DNA of 48,398 bases from Octopus bimaculoides (lineage: Eukaryota): NCBI RefSeq assembly GCF_001194135.2, contig NC_069006.1, positions 18,582,328-18,630,725 on the forward strand. Reading direction: 5' to 3'. The notes beneath the pieces were generated by a model. That model saw only the letters and a program-made list of their open reading frames with translations. It did not search any database and was not told where the DNA came from. The translations under genes were made by a program, and so were the position numbers. Shown here one piece after another: positions 1-13,554 of the stretch. The first letter of the stretch is position 1; every line of letters begins with the position of its first letter.

Positions 1-252
1 ATATATACATAAACATATATATATATATACATAAACATATATATATATATACATAAACATATATATATATATACATAAACATATATATATATATATACAT
101 AAACATATATATATATATACATATACATAAACATATATATATATACATATACATATATATATACATATACATATATATACACACACATATATATATATAT
201 ATATACATATATATACACACACATATATATATATATACATATATATACACAC

Positions 253-285
<33 letters not shown>

Positions 286-437
286 CATATATATATACAT
301 ATACATATATACATATATATATACATATACATATATATATATGCGTACGTATATGTACATGTCTACATATATATACATGTATATATGCATGTATGTATAT
401 ATGTATGTATTTATGTCTATGCATGCATGTGTATACA

Positions 438-482
<45 letters not shown>

Positions 483-500
483 GTGTGTATGTGTGTGTGT
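1..500. repeat. Compound (AT)n/ACATAAAC minisatellite grading into (TACA)n and (TG)n
   Basis: Unit (AT)n-ACATAAAC repeats several times over 1-130, then degenerate TA/CA runs, then (TG)n at ~440-500. Confidence 0.95.
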
Positions 501-897
501 GAGTACATGTATGCATACATGTATGTAACGTCTTCAGCAATAAAATGCGCGTCTTTGTGAGTGTATATACATACATACGGTATGTGTGCTTGTAAGTGTT
601 TATGCGTGTGTATATGTATAAACGTAAATATTTTTATAACGAAGTAAATATGTATATGTATGTAGATATGTGTGTATTTCAACTGTACGCAGTTTTCTTG
701 CTACAGTTTATTTACTGAGGGCGAATATTTTTGTATGTAAAATTAGAAATTCATGTACATGTAAGCACATATATATGTGTGTGTATACACATGCATACAA
801 GTAGGTATGCACATATGTGTGATTTTACATGGCTATATATACATGTATACACGAATATTAAAACACTGAGGTGGAAAGATGTAAGAGAAAGATGTGT

Positions 898-899
<2 letters not shown>

Positions 900-936
<37 letters not shown>

Positions 937-984
937 TTACATACATATGAATATACAATATATATATATGCAATATATATGGTA

Positions 985-1066
<82 letters not shown>

Positions 1067-1207
1067 CGTATATATATATATATATGTGTGTGTGTGTATA
1101 TATATGTATATGCATATATGTTTATGCATATATATACATATATATACATATATATATGCATATATATATATGCATACATATATATATACACATATATGTC
1201 TATACAT

Positions 1208-1260
<53 letters not shown>

Positions 1261-1290
1261 CAGATAGACAGATAGATAGATAGATAGATA
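900..1290. repeat. (TA)n and (GATA)n microsatellites
   Basis: Pure TA runs at ~900-930 and ~985-1060; GATA/GACA run at ~1206-1290. Confidence 0.95.
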
Positions 1291-1595
1291 GATGGATAGA
1301 TAAAGGAAAAGACTGAGAGAAAGAGAAAAATACAGAAACATTCCGAAACATTCGCAAGCACATATAGTCCTCCCATATACACACATACATATCCATGTAT
1401 ACGGACACATACATAAACGACCATGCACACCCACTCATACACACACACACACACACATGTATATACACATGCTAATATAGTTATATGTACATCAATAAAA
1501 ACGCATTTCACTTTTGTAAGTAAATGTATTCTGTCAATACAAATATGTCTTCAATATTCAAAATATTTCATAGAAAATAAACATCTGTTTTAAAA

Positions 1596-1645
<50 letters not shown>

Positions 1646-2624
1646 GTATGCACGGATATTTGAAATGCCTACATATACTATACGTACAAGAACAATACAT
1701 TTAGCCAACAATGAAATTTTCCATTTGGATTTTATTGCTGGTTATGAATTCCGTCGGAGAATAGAACAGTGTGAGTTGAACATTTTAGTGTTGCAAACTC
1801 CATGATTGCCTGCATAGGATAAAATTTTGTTATAGCGTTTTAAAGTGATGGTTTATAACTGCGAATCTTATGAAAAGAGTATAGGGCGCGTAGGTGAAAG
1901 ATATATATATANNNNNNNNNNNNNNNNNNNNNNNNNNNNNNNNNNNNNNNNNNNNNNNNNNNNNNNNNNNNNNNNNNNNNNNNNNNNNNNNNNNNNNNNN
2001 NNNNNNNNNNNNNNNNNNNNNNNNNNNNNNNNNNNNNNNNNNNNNNNNNNNNNNNNNNNNNNNNNNNNNNNNNNNNNNNNNNNNNNNNNNNNNNNNNNNN
2101 NNNNNNNNNNNNNNNNNNNNNNNNNNNNNNNNNNNNNNNNNNNNNNNNNNNNNNNNNNNNNNNNNNNNNNNNNNNNNNNNNNNNNNNNNNNNNNNNNNNN
2201 NNNNNNNNNNNNNNNNNNNNNNNNNNNNNNNNNNNNNNNNNNNNNNNNNNNNNNNNNNNNNNNNNNNNNNNNNNNNNNNNNNNNNNNNNNNNNNNNNNNN
2301 NNNNNNNNNNNNNNNNNNNNNNNNNNNNNNNNNNNNNNNNNNNNNNNNNNNNNNNNNNNNNNNNNNNNNNNNNNNNNNNNNNNNNNNNNNNNNNNNNNNN
2401 NNNNNNNNNNNNNNNNNNNNNNNNNNNNNNNNNNNNNNNNNNNNNNNNNNNNNNNNNNNNNNNNNNNNNNNNNNNNNNNNNNNNNNNNNNNNNNNNNNNN
2501 NNNNNNNNNNNNNNNNNNNNNNNNNNNNNNNNNNNNNNNNNNNNNNNNNNNNNNNNNNNNNNNNNNNNNNNNNNNNNNNNNNNNNNNNNNNNNNNNNNNN
2601 NNNNNNNNNNNNNNNNNNNNNNNN

Positions 2625-3612
2625 TCTTATTATTTTCTTCTTCTTCTTATTATTATTATTTTATGTTTGACTTTTGCTTTGCATTTGTACAAGTCAGCTC
2701 CAAGTCTCACCCGGAGACCTCAAGAGACAACAAGTTAGAAGTTCATGTTGGTGTTTTGCCTAGGGTGCCATATATTTGGTTTTGTACATAATATTGTTCT
2801 GGAGAATGTTTAAGAAACCTTAAGAAAATTATGTGTTTGTTTTAAAATTTGAGATTACATAGACAGTATGTTACGTAGGATATGGGCAGTTCCCATGAGC
2901 ACTATCTTTTGAATTTATGCCATTTTGGGGTTTCCTGTTATCTGAGCTAAGTAGCAATCAGCCCCTTTTGCTATCATTCCTAGGGCACCTATGACAACAG
3001 GTAATGTTTTAGTTTTGAGGTTCCACTTTTTGCCAATTTCTATTTCAAGATCTTTATACTTGCTCAGTTTTTGGTAGGTCTTGACAGATACGTATATATC
3101 GATTGGGACAGTCATATCAATGAGGAGGAATGATTTTTGTCTGAAGTCTTTCAATATGATGTTTGGCCTATTTGCATCTATCCTTCTGTCAGATTCAATG
3201 GTGAAGTTCCAGAGGAGTAAGATGCGATTTTTTTCAAGCATTGGGCGTGGTTTGTGTTCCCACCAGTTTTTATCATGGGGCATTTCCAGGTTTTTTCAAA
3301 TTACCCAGTGAATATATTGTGCAACTCTCTCATGCCTGTTGAGATACTCTGTAGGCGCAAGAAAAGTGCACATGGAGACAACATGATCAATGGTCTCATT
3401 TTGTTGTTGACATACGACATATTGGGGAGCTGCCGTTCTTTAATATGTTGGCCTGGTAGTTCCTTGTAATATGTTGGCCTGGTAGTTTCTTCTAGGTAGG
3501 CATTGATTTTGGGCTGCTATGATAAACCCTTCTGCTTCTGATTTTAAGCCAGAAGCCATTAGCCATTGATGGGTAAAGGCTTTGTCAAACATCGGCATTA
3601 TTCGCTCTCTTT
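2625..3612 (-). mobile_element. 5'-truncated non-LTR retrotransposon of RLE (restriction-like endonuclease) type, R4/Dong-like, with 3'UTR and (TAA)n/(GAA)n tail
   Basis: Minus strand gives ...GLKSEAEGFIIAAQ..., a CCHC-type knuckle (CR.CQQQNETIDHVVSMC), RHERVAQYIHW, WWEHKP..LLWNFTIESDRRIDANRPNII..LLIDMTVP..KLSKYKDLEIEI..LPVVIGALG and ends IQKIVLMGTAHILRNILSM* (stop 2855-2857). A ~200-bp UTR and trinucleotide tail run up to the gap. Confidence 0.9.
2855..3612 (-). pseudogene. Disrupted C-terminal ORF remnant (zinc knuckle plus RLE) of the retrotransposon
   Basis: Premature TAA at 2915 (GAA in the sister copy at 14883), further stops and frameshifts, a 26-bp tandem duplication at 3441-3491, and the RLE 'RPD' motif reading RPN. 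Confidence 0.85.
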
Positions 3613-3740
3613 ACCTCTCATCTTTTTGGATCGATAAAATAAGTACCACTTTAGTACTGGGGCTATGTAATCAACTTAACCCCTCCCCCGAACTTGCAGC
3701 CCTTGTACCAAACTTTAAAACCATTATTACTATTATTATT
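3613..3740 (+). mobile_element. SINE family A, 3' half
   Basis: ...catctttttggatcgataaaataagtacc...ctggggctatgtaatcaac...cccttgtaccaaactttaaaaccattatt matches the 3' half of the full copies at 18445 and 26703. Confidence 0.8.
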
Positions 3741-3968
3741 ATATTTCCGTTCCACCCCCTGTTATCCATATTGCAAATGATTCACAAGATTTTAATGTCA
3801 TCTAACGAATTTCTGTTCAAGGACGAAAGAAAAAATATCTACTTATACGAATATACATCAAGCGGTTATATATGCCACACACACATACATATACAACACA
3901 TATATATGTATACTTTTACATATACATATATTTATACAGAGGGTGAGAGAGCGAGGTGAGAGTTTTAC

Positions 3969-4011
<43 letters not shown>

Positions 4012-4105
4012 TATGTGAGTATATATATATATANNNNNNNNNNNNNNNNNNNNNNNNNNNNNNNNNNNNNNNNNNNNNNNNNNNNNNNNNNNNNNNNNNN
4101 NNNNN

Positions 4106-4154
<49 letters not shown>

Positions 4155-4858
4155 ATTACGTAGATATCAACATACATACAGACACATACACGAAAATGCG
4201 CATACATATACACATCTATACAATAATCTGTGACAGAGATAGAATAAATCTCTACCTCTCTCTCTCTCTCACACACATACACATACATACACATGCGCGC
4301 CTGCTCACACACACGTGTAGCAATGTGAATTATTAATAAATACAAAAGGCAGAGAATGCATGTTTTTTTCCCCCTTTATCTTTTATTCAAAGGAATGGAA
4401 TAGATAAAAAAAAAAAAGAAAAAGGATGGAAGGACACTGAATCTGTTANNNNNNNNNNNNNNNNNNNNNNNNNNNNNNNNNNNNNNNNNNNNNNNNNNNN
4501 NNNNNNNNNNNNNNNNNNNNNNNNNNNNNNNNNNNNNNNNNNNNNNNNNNNNNNNNNNNNNNNNNNNNNNNNNNNNNNNNNNNNNNNNNNNNNNNNNNNN
4601 NNNNNNNNNNNNNNNNNNNNNNNNNNNNNNNNNNNNNNNNNNNNNNNNNNNNNNNNNNNNNNNNNNNNNNNNNNNNNNNNNNNNNNNNNNNNNNNNNNNN
4701 NNNNNNNNNNNNNNNNNNNNNNNNNNNNNNNNNNNNNNNNNNNNNNNNNNNNNNNNNNNNNNNNNNNNNNNNNNNNNNNNNNNNNNNNNNNNNNNNNNNN
4801 NNNNNNNNNNNNNNNNNNNNNNNNNNNNNNNNNNNNNNNNNNNNNNNNNNNNNNNNNN

Positions 4859-4911
<53 letters not shown>

Positions 4912-6501
4912 ACATCTATATCTACCTATCCACACACACAAACTCGCATACATAGATCTATATACATAATTGTATATGAATATACGCTCAAACACAAATG
5001 CATACATACAAATATTATTTATGCACAATAATAAAAATGTCTGTAGGTATATGTATATGCATGTGTGTGTGCGCGCGCGCACGTGTGTGTATGTATGTGC
5101 ATTTGTGCACATGCGAAACCTGTGTGTGTATGTGTGTATGCTTAGAAAGAAAGTGAGTAAACGGGTTTAAGTTGTAGGAAAAGAGAGGAGCGATAGAATG
5201 AACAAGAGAAAGTGACAGAGACAGTGAGAGAGAGGTGACAGAGAAAGAGAGAGACAGATACGAGTGTGAAAGAAGAAGAGCGCAAAGACAAGGGAGAGAA
5301 TGAGGTAAATCAAGCTCGAATAAAGTAGATGTTTTCCATAATTTGATGTCTAGTGATACGTGTAGTAAGCCTGTCTTTATATTAATTGTATATATAATAT
5401 ATAAGAGCTATGTTTATAAGGAATAAAGATTTCTTGAAATAAATCATTGATAATTAATATGGTAATTAAATACTAAAAGCTGTAAACATTTGTCCCTAAC
5501 AAAATCAGCTAATTTGAATGTGTATTTCCAGTCTGATGTAATTATCATGTGCAAATATATATATATATATATATATANNNNNNNNNNNNNNNNNNNNNNN
5601 NNNNNNNNNNNNNNNNNNNNNNNNNNNNNNNNNNNNNNNNNNNNNNNNNNNNNNNNNNNNNNNNNNNNNNNNNNNNNNNNNNNNNNNNNNNNNNNNNNNN
5701 NNNNNNNNNNNNNNNNNNNNNNNNNNNNNNNNNNNNNNNNNNNNNNNNNNNNNNNNNNNNNNNNNNNNNNNNNNNNNNNNNNNNNNNNNNNNNNNNNNNN
5801 NNNNNNNNNNNNNNNNNNNNNNNNNNNNNNNNNNNNNNNNNNNNNNNNNNNNNNNNNNNNNNNNNNNNNNNNNNNNNNNNNNNNNNNNNNNNNNNNNNNN
5901 NNNNNNNNNNNNNNNNNNNNNNNNNNNNNNNNNNNNNNNNNNNNNNNNNNNNNNNNNNNNNNNNNNNNNNNNNNNNNNNNNNNNNNNNNNNNNNNNNNNN
6001 NNNNNNNNNNNNNNNNNNNNNNNNNNNNNNNNNNNNNNNNNNNNNNNNNNNNNNNNNNNNNNNNNNNNNNNNNNNNNNNNNNNNNNNNNNNNNNNNNNNN
6101 NNNNNNNNNNNNNNNNNNNNNNNNNNNNNNNNNNNNNNNNNNNNNNNNNNNNNNNNNNNNNNNNNNNNNNNNNNNNNNNNNNNNNNNNNNNNNNNNNNNN
6201 NNNNNNNNNNNNNNNACACACACACACACACACATATATATATGTATATTGAGGGGGAGTGGTGGTGTTCAATATACAGAGGTGATGTAATCAAAGGAAA
6301 GAAAAATTGCAAATTCATCCGAGGTAGCTTTCTTATTTCTTATTTCTTTTTCTTATTTATGGTGGTTGCTTTTCTTCTTTTTGCAAGTTTGAGTTGTAAT
6401 CACGGGTAGTGAAATCATGGGATGTAAGTGAACTAAACGTATTGAAGGATTTAACAGTGAAATAATGGTGCTAATCTTGTAACAACTCTGCTTGTCACCC
6501 A

Positions 6502-6660
6502 GTTACTTAGCCCGTCCGTAACGCTCCCACATAATTAGTTGAAGGGGGAGGTAGAGGGAAAGGGGGTGGTGGGTGAAGTATGTAATTATTTTTTTAACTA
6601 AGTTTCTTTTCCCTTTGTTACTTAGCCCGTCTGTAATGCTTTCACATGATTAGTTAAAAG
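6502..6660 (+). repeat. Two ~44-bp direct repeats spaced 115 bp apart
   Basis: gttacttagcccgtccgtaacgctcccacataattagtt (from 6502) versus gttacttagcccgtctgtaatgctttcacatgattagtt (from 6617). Confidence 0.85.
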
Positions 6661-6984
6661 GAAAGACGAAAGAAAAAGGAGTGAGAAAAAGAGAGTAAGG
6701 TGAAGAGTGAGAGAGAAAGAGGGAGGGTATTGTGTACTAAGTCAATAAAATTGAGCATAAAGTAGATAAAGCGCATTAAGTAATCATCGTATTCCAATTT
6801 CTTTCAGTTTTCTGGTATATATATATATATATATATGCATGTGTATATGTATAAATGTATGTATATATGTATAAATGTATATATATAAGCTAGACTAAAA
6901 TTATATTAAATTAAATTGATTAGAACTTATATATATATATATATATATACATATATATATGCATGTATATATGGGAGAATGTAC

Positions 6985-7072
6985 GAAAAAAACAACAGAC
7001 GAGGACAGGTGGTGTAAACAACAAAAGGATGTATTAGTATGACGCTCGGGAATACGGAAAGTCTTTAACGTT

Positions 7073-7076
<4 letters not shown>
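6985..7076 (-). mobile_element. Penelope-like-element-type repeat fragment carrying the 3' half of a minimal hammerhead fold (family H1)
   Basis: Homologous to 10690-10815 and 25255-25352. Minus strand reads TCGAAACGTTAAAGAC (7076-7061) and is cut off by (TA)n and a gap. Confidence 0.6.
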
Positions 7077-7103
<27 letters not shown>

Positions 7104-9524
7104 NNNNNNNNNNNNNNNNNNNNNNNNNNNNNNNNNNNNNNNNNNNNNNNNNNNNNNNNNNNNNNNNNNNNNNNNNNNNNNNNNNNNNNNNNNNNNNNNN
7201 NNNNNNNNNNNNNNNNNNNNNNNNNNNNNNNNNNNNNNNNNNNNNNNNNNNNNNNNNNNNNNNNNNNNNNNNNNNNNNNNNNNNNNNNNNNNNNNNNNNN
7301 NNNNNNNNNNNNNNNNNNNNNNNNNNNNNNNNNNNNNNNNNNNNNNNNNNNNNNNNNNNNNNNNNNNNNNNNNNNNNNNNNNNNNNNNNNNNNNNNNNNN
7401 NNNNNNNNNNNNNNNNNNNNNNNNNNNNNNNNNNNNNNNNNNNNNNNNNNNNNNNNNNNNNNNNNNNNNNNNNNNNNNNNNNNNNNNNNNNNNNNNNNNN
7501 NNNNNNNNNNNNNNNNNNNNNNNNNNNNNNNNNNNNNNNNNNNNNNNNNNNNNNNNNNNNNNNNNNNNNNNNNNNNNNNNNNNNNNNNNNNNNNNNNNNN
7601 NNNNNNNNNNNNNNNNNNNNNNNNNNNNNNNNNNNNNNNNNNNNNNNNNNNNNNNNNNNNNNNNNNNNNNAACACCATTCCCCTTCGGCTAGAAAAAATT
7701 GTTAAGATATTTTTCTTAAGATTAAACTCAATCCACCAATGTGGTATTGACAACTCATTCTCATTGTTAGACATTGACTTGTGTATGTATGTATGTACCT
7801 GTGTATGTTTGTGTTACCGAAACAAGTAAAAGGTAAAAACAAAAGATATGTACGTATGTGTGTGTGTTTGTGTGTGTTTGTGTGTGTGCATGTATGCATT
7901 TAGGTATTTATGGATGCATGTATGTATATGCATATATAACATCGACCCGCACGTACTATTGTATTTTGTTTCCCTTCTGTTATGTACCTAAACTTAACTG
8001 AAAACAACTGACAGCGCGATTAGGGAAACCTAAACTAGGAAACAACTTACAACGTTATCTTGTAGTTGTTTGTCGAGATATTTTGGAGTTTTGTCCGCCA
8101 TTTAATAATTATGGTTTTATGTGCTAATTAGAGAGTCTTCGGCAATAGATTGTAATTAAAGTTTCTGTTGAAAAGAATAGGCGTCTATCTGATTAAAGAT
8201 AATTAATCAACCACACTTGACATTAATTTCGTTGATAGACGTCAAAATAACACATATATAACGATTGGATATTATACACAATGTCACATACATCCGTGCT
8301 GTCATGCTCATTCATTCACACAGTTCTACTCGCTTTGTACGCACATATACAAAAGTACTGTCGCTTAGATATGTATAGATACATATATAGACTGTTAATA
8401 AAGACGTATATCTCTATACATGTATGCATATACGGATACAACACGTCACATACATTGATTGACGTATACAGATACACATACATACTGTAATTCATATTAA
8501 TATATTGCCACTATCACGCATTCACTGTGAAATATGCACTCATGCGTGTAGGCGTGCATACGAACGTACATATATGATGCATACATAAATCATACAAATA
8601 TACATACATTCATATGTATATACACACATACGTAGGCGCATACATTCGTACGCACAAATATACATAAACACACACATACATTCAAATATATACATGCAGG
8701 CAGGCATACACATATAATACATTCGTACAGACATACATATATACTTACAAGAATACATACACACAAACACATATGGATACATACATACGCACATACGTGC
8801 ATTCGTACATACAAACAAACATGCATTCAAAAATACATACATACGAACGTATATACATACATGCATGCATAGAAGCAAACATACACAAATACATGCAATA
8901 ATACACACATATATACATGCATGCGAACATACATTACATACTTGCATACAAGCATAGGCAGAATCATACACTTGGTTGTATGCATCGATAGCTCAACCAA
9001 CACAACAACGCAACCACATATTTACATCGGGAACTCTCTTAACTCAAAAAGTCGTGTCGCTTAAATAATTTTAAAAAAAACACATACACACAAACATACA
9101 TACATACAAACATGCATACATACACACGTGCAAATGAATATACATTACAAACGTCCAAACTGTCATATGATTACATAGACGCAAGCAGGTTCACGTACGT
9201 ATAAACGCACTTCAAACACGCTGACACAAGCGCGCGCATACAAATATGCACATACACAAGCAAGAGCGGAAAACGCAAACGAATGAAATCATACGACGCA
9301 AGTGTGGCAGTGTGTCTTTAGCAGAATCCCTTCTGTTGTTAGCTTTTGGCAAAGTCTTCGGTCTGGGGGACAAAATCCTTCCTTCGCCCCACCACAGCTT
9401 GTAATGGAGAGTTTGTAAAGAACTCAAAAGTACTGTTCTCTTCCACTTGACTAAACCATAACATAATTAAAAATATTTCGCAATTGGCAGGACGTGAACC
9501 CAGAGAGTACAAATCGTAGTGAAA

Positions 9525-9692
9525 TAATGATTTCGAATTATGGCACAAGGCCAGCAATTTGGTGGATGGAGTGGCTAATGCGATTACATCGACCCCAGTG
9601 CTCAGCTGCTACTTATTTTATGGACGCTGAAAGGATGAAAGGTAAAGTCGACTTCGGCGGAATTTGAACTCAGAACGTAAAGACGAACGGAA
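9525..9692 (-). mobile_element. SINE family A, 5'-truncated
   Basis: Reverse complement of the B-box region (gttctgagttcaaattccgccgaagtcgacttt) through the 3' end (ggccttgtgcca). Confidence 0.88.
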
Positions 9693-10609
9693 AAGAAATG
9701 GATGGCCGATTTACTGATTCTATCTAACCACAACCCTTGGTACAAAGCTAGCAGTTTTAGGGGGTTTTATTATTAGAGTAGAAATAATAATAATATTTAT
9801 TATTATTATTACTATTATTATTAGTAGTAGTAATAGTAGTAGTAGTAGTAGTAGCATTCAAATGTAGTTTCCAAAATGGACGAACAAAACAAACAAGGGA
9901 AATAATAAGATGGTTATAAAGACCAAAAAAAGAAGAAAAAAAACGACTTCCGGAATTCATTAATAGAAAGGTATTTATTTCCCCAGAGAGTATCCCAAAT
10001 GTTAAACGGAAACCGAGAGACGACCGATTCGATTATGAATCGACATTATAAAAATCATTTTATTGACTCGATCTGTTGTAGGTTAATTGTTTGTATTTTT
10101 TTTAGTTCCTTCTTAATTCATCCTTAATCGGTCGCCAACATACAAACTCTTCACTTTTCTATCTCAGACTTTCAGACATTTCTTTTGTAATATCGATTTG
10201 TAAACATAGGTCCATCCATCCTTCATCCGTTCGAGCAACTTCCCTGGACCAATGTAACTCTTCCACACCAGATGTCTGGATTGAATGCTAAAGCATAGCC
10301 GTCTGGCTTGGGTTTTACTCACATTGGTCCTTCGCTAGCTGATGTATCTCATCTGCACATGCCTAAACTACTGATGACAGCAGTAGTTGGCTAAGTGAAC
10401 TGGTCGATCTTGGTTGTTGAGAACTTGTCTTTTCATCTGCTCTGCATGATATACGCCGTTGATTCAATACGTACATTTGCTGAAATAACGCGCATCCTAC
10501 GATTTCAACGTAGCCTTGAGCGGCTAAAAGATATTTAACCTAATAGCTGGAACTCTGACAGGAGCTACTACTCCGGGTCGGGGTAGGCTAAGGAACAATA
10601 GTAGCTAAA

Positions 10610-10680
10610 TACGTGGTCTGATCAATAAGTATCCGGACTGTTTCCATAGTAACGAAGCTAAATCACGGAGAGTGAAGCCG
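10610..10680 (+). mobile_element. Single terminus of a mariner-type DNA transposon
   Basis: TA-CGTGGTCTGATCAATAAGTATCCGGACTG resembles mariner TIRs of the TACGAGGTCTG..AAAAGTATCCG type, recalled from memory. No partner TIR seen. Confidence 0.55.
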
Positions 10681-10698
10681 TGTTTATTTCCTCTTGTA

Positions 10699-10737
10699 TC
10701 TTTCTGTCCAAGAGCGTATGCTCGAAACGTAAAAGAC
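10699..10737 (+). ncRNA. Degenerate minimal type I hammerhead ribozyme fold (family H1) within a PLE-type repeat (10690-10815)
   Basis: Stem I TCTTT/AAAGA; core CTGTCCAA (canonical CUGAnGA[A]); stem II GAGC-gtat-GCTC; GAA; palindromic stem III ACGT; A at the cleavage position. Confidence 0.6.
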
Positions 10738-10950
10738 TTTTCCATTTTTCCCGAGCGTCAACCAAATGCGCTTGTTTGTTGTTCCTACAACCGCCTTCGT
10801 CTTTGTTTTTCTATAAATTTGAACTATATACATATAAACACACACACACACACACAGTCTTATTTATACATTATTTAAACTATTACTCATGCCTTGTATT
10901 CTATTAACTACAATTGAAAATATATAATGACCATTATTTATGCTTTGTCA

Positions 10951-10991
<41 letters not shown>

Positions 10992-11029
10992 TGTATGCAT
11001 GTATGTATGTATGTATGTATGTATGTATG

Positions 11030-11572
11030 TATAACAAAGTAAAGTTGGAGGTTACTGCACGAATAAATATATAAGGAAAAGAATCTGAAAATGCAGGAGT
11101 CTTTTAAAAGTATTTATTAACCTAACCGGTTTCACTCATTTAAAAAAAGATTTTCAAAAGTAAAATGTGGGGTTTTGTGTATCCTCTGTGGTGTCAAAAA
11201 TTAGTTTACATAAATATATTCAAATCAAGTGATAGAGTGATAGGATTGAGGCTTTGTGTGTCCTCTGTCATGAGTAAAGATATAGTTTACATAAAAACAT
11301 TCAGATCAGGTAATAGATTTTTTTTATAATGATAAGAAGATAAAAATTAGTTTACACAAATATATCCAAATCAAGTAATAGAGTTTTTGATAAGAAAATA
11401 AAACGTGTTTGGCTTGTTAATCAGTGGCTACTAAAGTTTTAGTCTCACTGTGATCAGAAACCATAATTGTTTGCAGCATCTTAAATTGAAAAAAAGGTAA
11501 GTAGAGAAATAACAGACCATTAATAGTTCTCATTTTTACTCGTGCCGTAACCTCCAACATTACTTTGTTATA
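11030..11572. mobile_element. 543-bp non-autonomous element with 38-bp terminal inverted repeats, three internal ~36-bp repeats and a hammerhead relic
   Basis: Left end 11030-11067 TATAACAAAGTAAAGTTGGAGGTTACTGCACGAATAAA matches the reverse complement of 11535-11572 at 35/38. It sits between (TATG)n and (CA)n tracts. Confidence 0.85.
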
Positions 11573-11597
11573 CACACACACACACATATATATATAT

Positions 11598-11786
11598 GAA
11601 ACACAGAATGTGACAAGGCTGGTACTTTGAATTATAGGTACGACTTATTTTTGCCAACAGAGTAGACTGCAGAAACATGAAATAAAGTGTCTTGCTCAAG
11701 AGACACAACGCACCGACTGGAATCGAAATCACGACCTTACGACTATGAGCCGAATACACTTAAAGACTAAGCCACATGTCTTCACT
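11598..11786 (-). mobile_element. tRNA-derived SINE family C with CORE-like segment
   Basis: Minus strand has an A-box (tggcttagtc), B-box (gatttcgattcc), CORE-like tcttgagcaagacactttatttca, and a 3' gtacctataattcaaagtaccagccttgtcaca shared with 38914-39143. Confidence 0.8.
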
Positions 11787-12018
11787 GAGCAGATCTAGTA
11801 AAGTCTATTAGATACAAGCAGTGGATAGACATCAAATTTTAATCAGATGGATTACTTAAATATTCCAAGAGGAAAAAGAGGAATAAATATGAGCAGAGAG
11901 GAATATCAGTTTATAAGCAGAGCAGTGAAGATGTTGGTTTTCAAGTAGTGCTTCAGGGATGTTCCCTTTCTCATTGATTTTCAATAAAATTATAGCATCC
12001 AGCGGACACCTCATGTGT

Positions 12019-12063
<45 letters not shown>

Positions 12064-12426
12064 CGCACGTGTACCTGTGTATGTGCGTATGTGTATGTCT
12101 GTATGTAAGCATGTATGTACGTATCTATGTATAATAAATATTAATATATATATGTGTGTGTGTGTGTGTGCGTGTGCGTGCGTGTGCGTGTGCATACAGA
12201 CACATCACACACACAAATTACATTTAAGCTATTATATATATACACACACACACGCACATACACATGTATAATGGTTTAAATAATGTTTACGTTCAAGCAT
12301 ACATGTGTCACACGCACGCATGCACACACACACACACACATACATACATACATATATACATATATTACATATTTATACTCGTATTTCCACCTATGGCGAA
12401 TACATGAATATATAAATGTGTGTATG

Positions 12427-12478
<52 letters not shown>

Positions 12479-12910
12479 TTATTATATTTGTTAGAGAGAT
12501 TTAGAAATTATAACACACACACACATATATGTATATGTGTGTGTGAACGTATATATGTGTATTCATACAGACATACATATTACATATAACACGTGCACAC
12601 CCACGTGCTCGCGCGTCGAAGCTGTAGAGGGTAGAAGCGTTCGATGGAAAGGTTAACTAACAGCTTGAAGTTATCATTAATAATCAACAAGGAATATTTC
12701 ATTAGATGCAACCTTTATTAAAAGACAGAAGCAGCGGCATTGCTTTGATAACTTAATGGAGCCAAGTTGAAGAATCTCGCTACTTGCCGCCGGGCCTGTT
12801 TTATCCCTGACACCGCTCCCCATTCTCTCTGTATGAATACATACATACGTGTGTGTATGTGTGTGTGTGTGTGTATGTGTGTGTGTGTATATATATATAT
12901 GCTTATATAC

Positions 12911-12970
<60 letters not shown>

Positions 12971-13554
12971 GCTCTGTCTCTAGACATACAAATACATACG
13001 GTACCTGACCAAATATCCGGCAAGCCTGGTACCGGAAGTAGCTCGGATTTCTGGATTTTCCGGTTTTCTGGACACAGCCTAAATATATACTTACGATATA
13101 AAATAAACTATGAGAGTATAGAGCTAAATAGTATTTAACACATTCATCTTATTTCACTTTTAAAGCAGTCTGTTTGGTATTTATGAATCCACTTAAAATT
13201 CTTAAAATACACCATATTGTACCGTGAATACACTATAATGTTTATAGCACGAAAATTAAATGAAGAAAAGAACACGATTTTATTTTACAGATACAGGTAC
13301 AAATTGATACGTTTCTCAAGCAGAGTATGTTTAATCTTTACCAATCCACTCACAAAAGTAAAGAACAACACCATTTTAGCACACCATATACGAATTAACC
13401 ATCTTCAAAAACGGTTTGTTCACTCAACACAAGGTACAACATATTGAATGGTATTGCATAGTATTCCCACATTTCTGGAAGCTGGATTTGAGGGTATATG
13501 TATCGGATAGTATAAATCTCTGTCTCTCACACACACACATACTTACAGGCAAAT

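Noticed and set aside
11202-11383. Repeat-spacer-repeat pattern superficially like a CRISPR array
   Set aside because: Eukaryotic context, degenerate repeats, partly homologous spacers, no cas genes, and it lies inside a TIR element.
12996-13080. GC-rich tacggtacctgaccaaatatccgg... segment resembling a transposon end
   Set aside because: No matching inverted terminus or second copy in the window.
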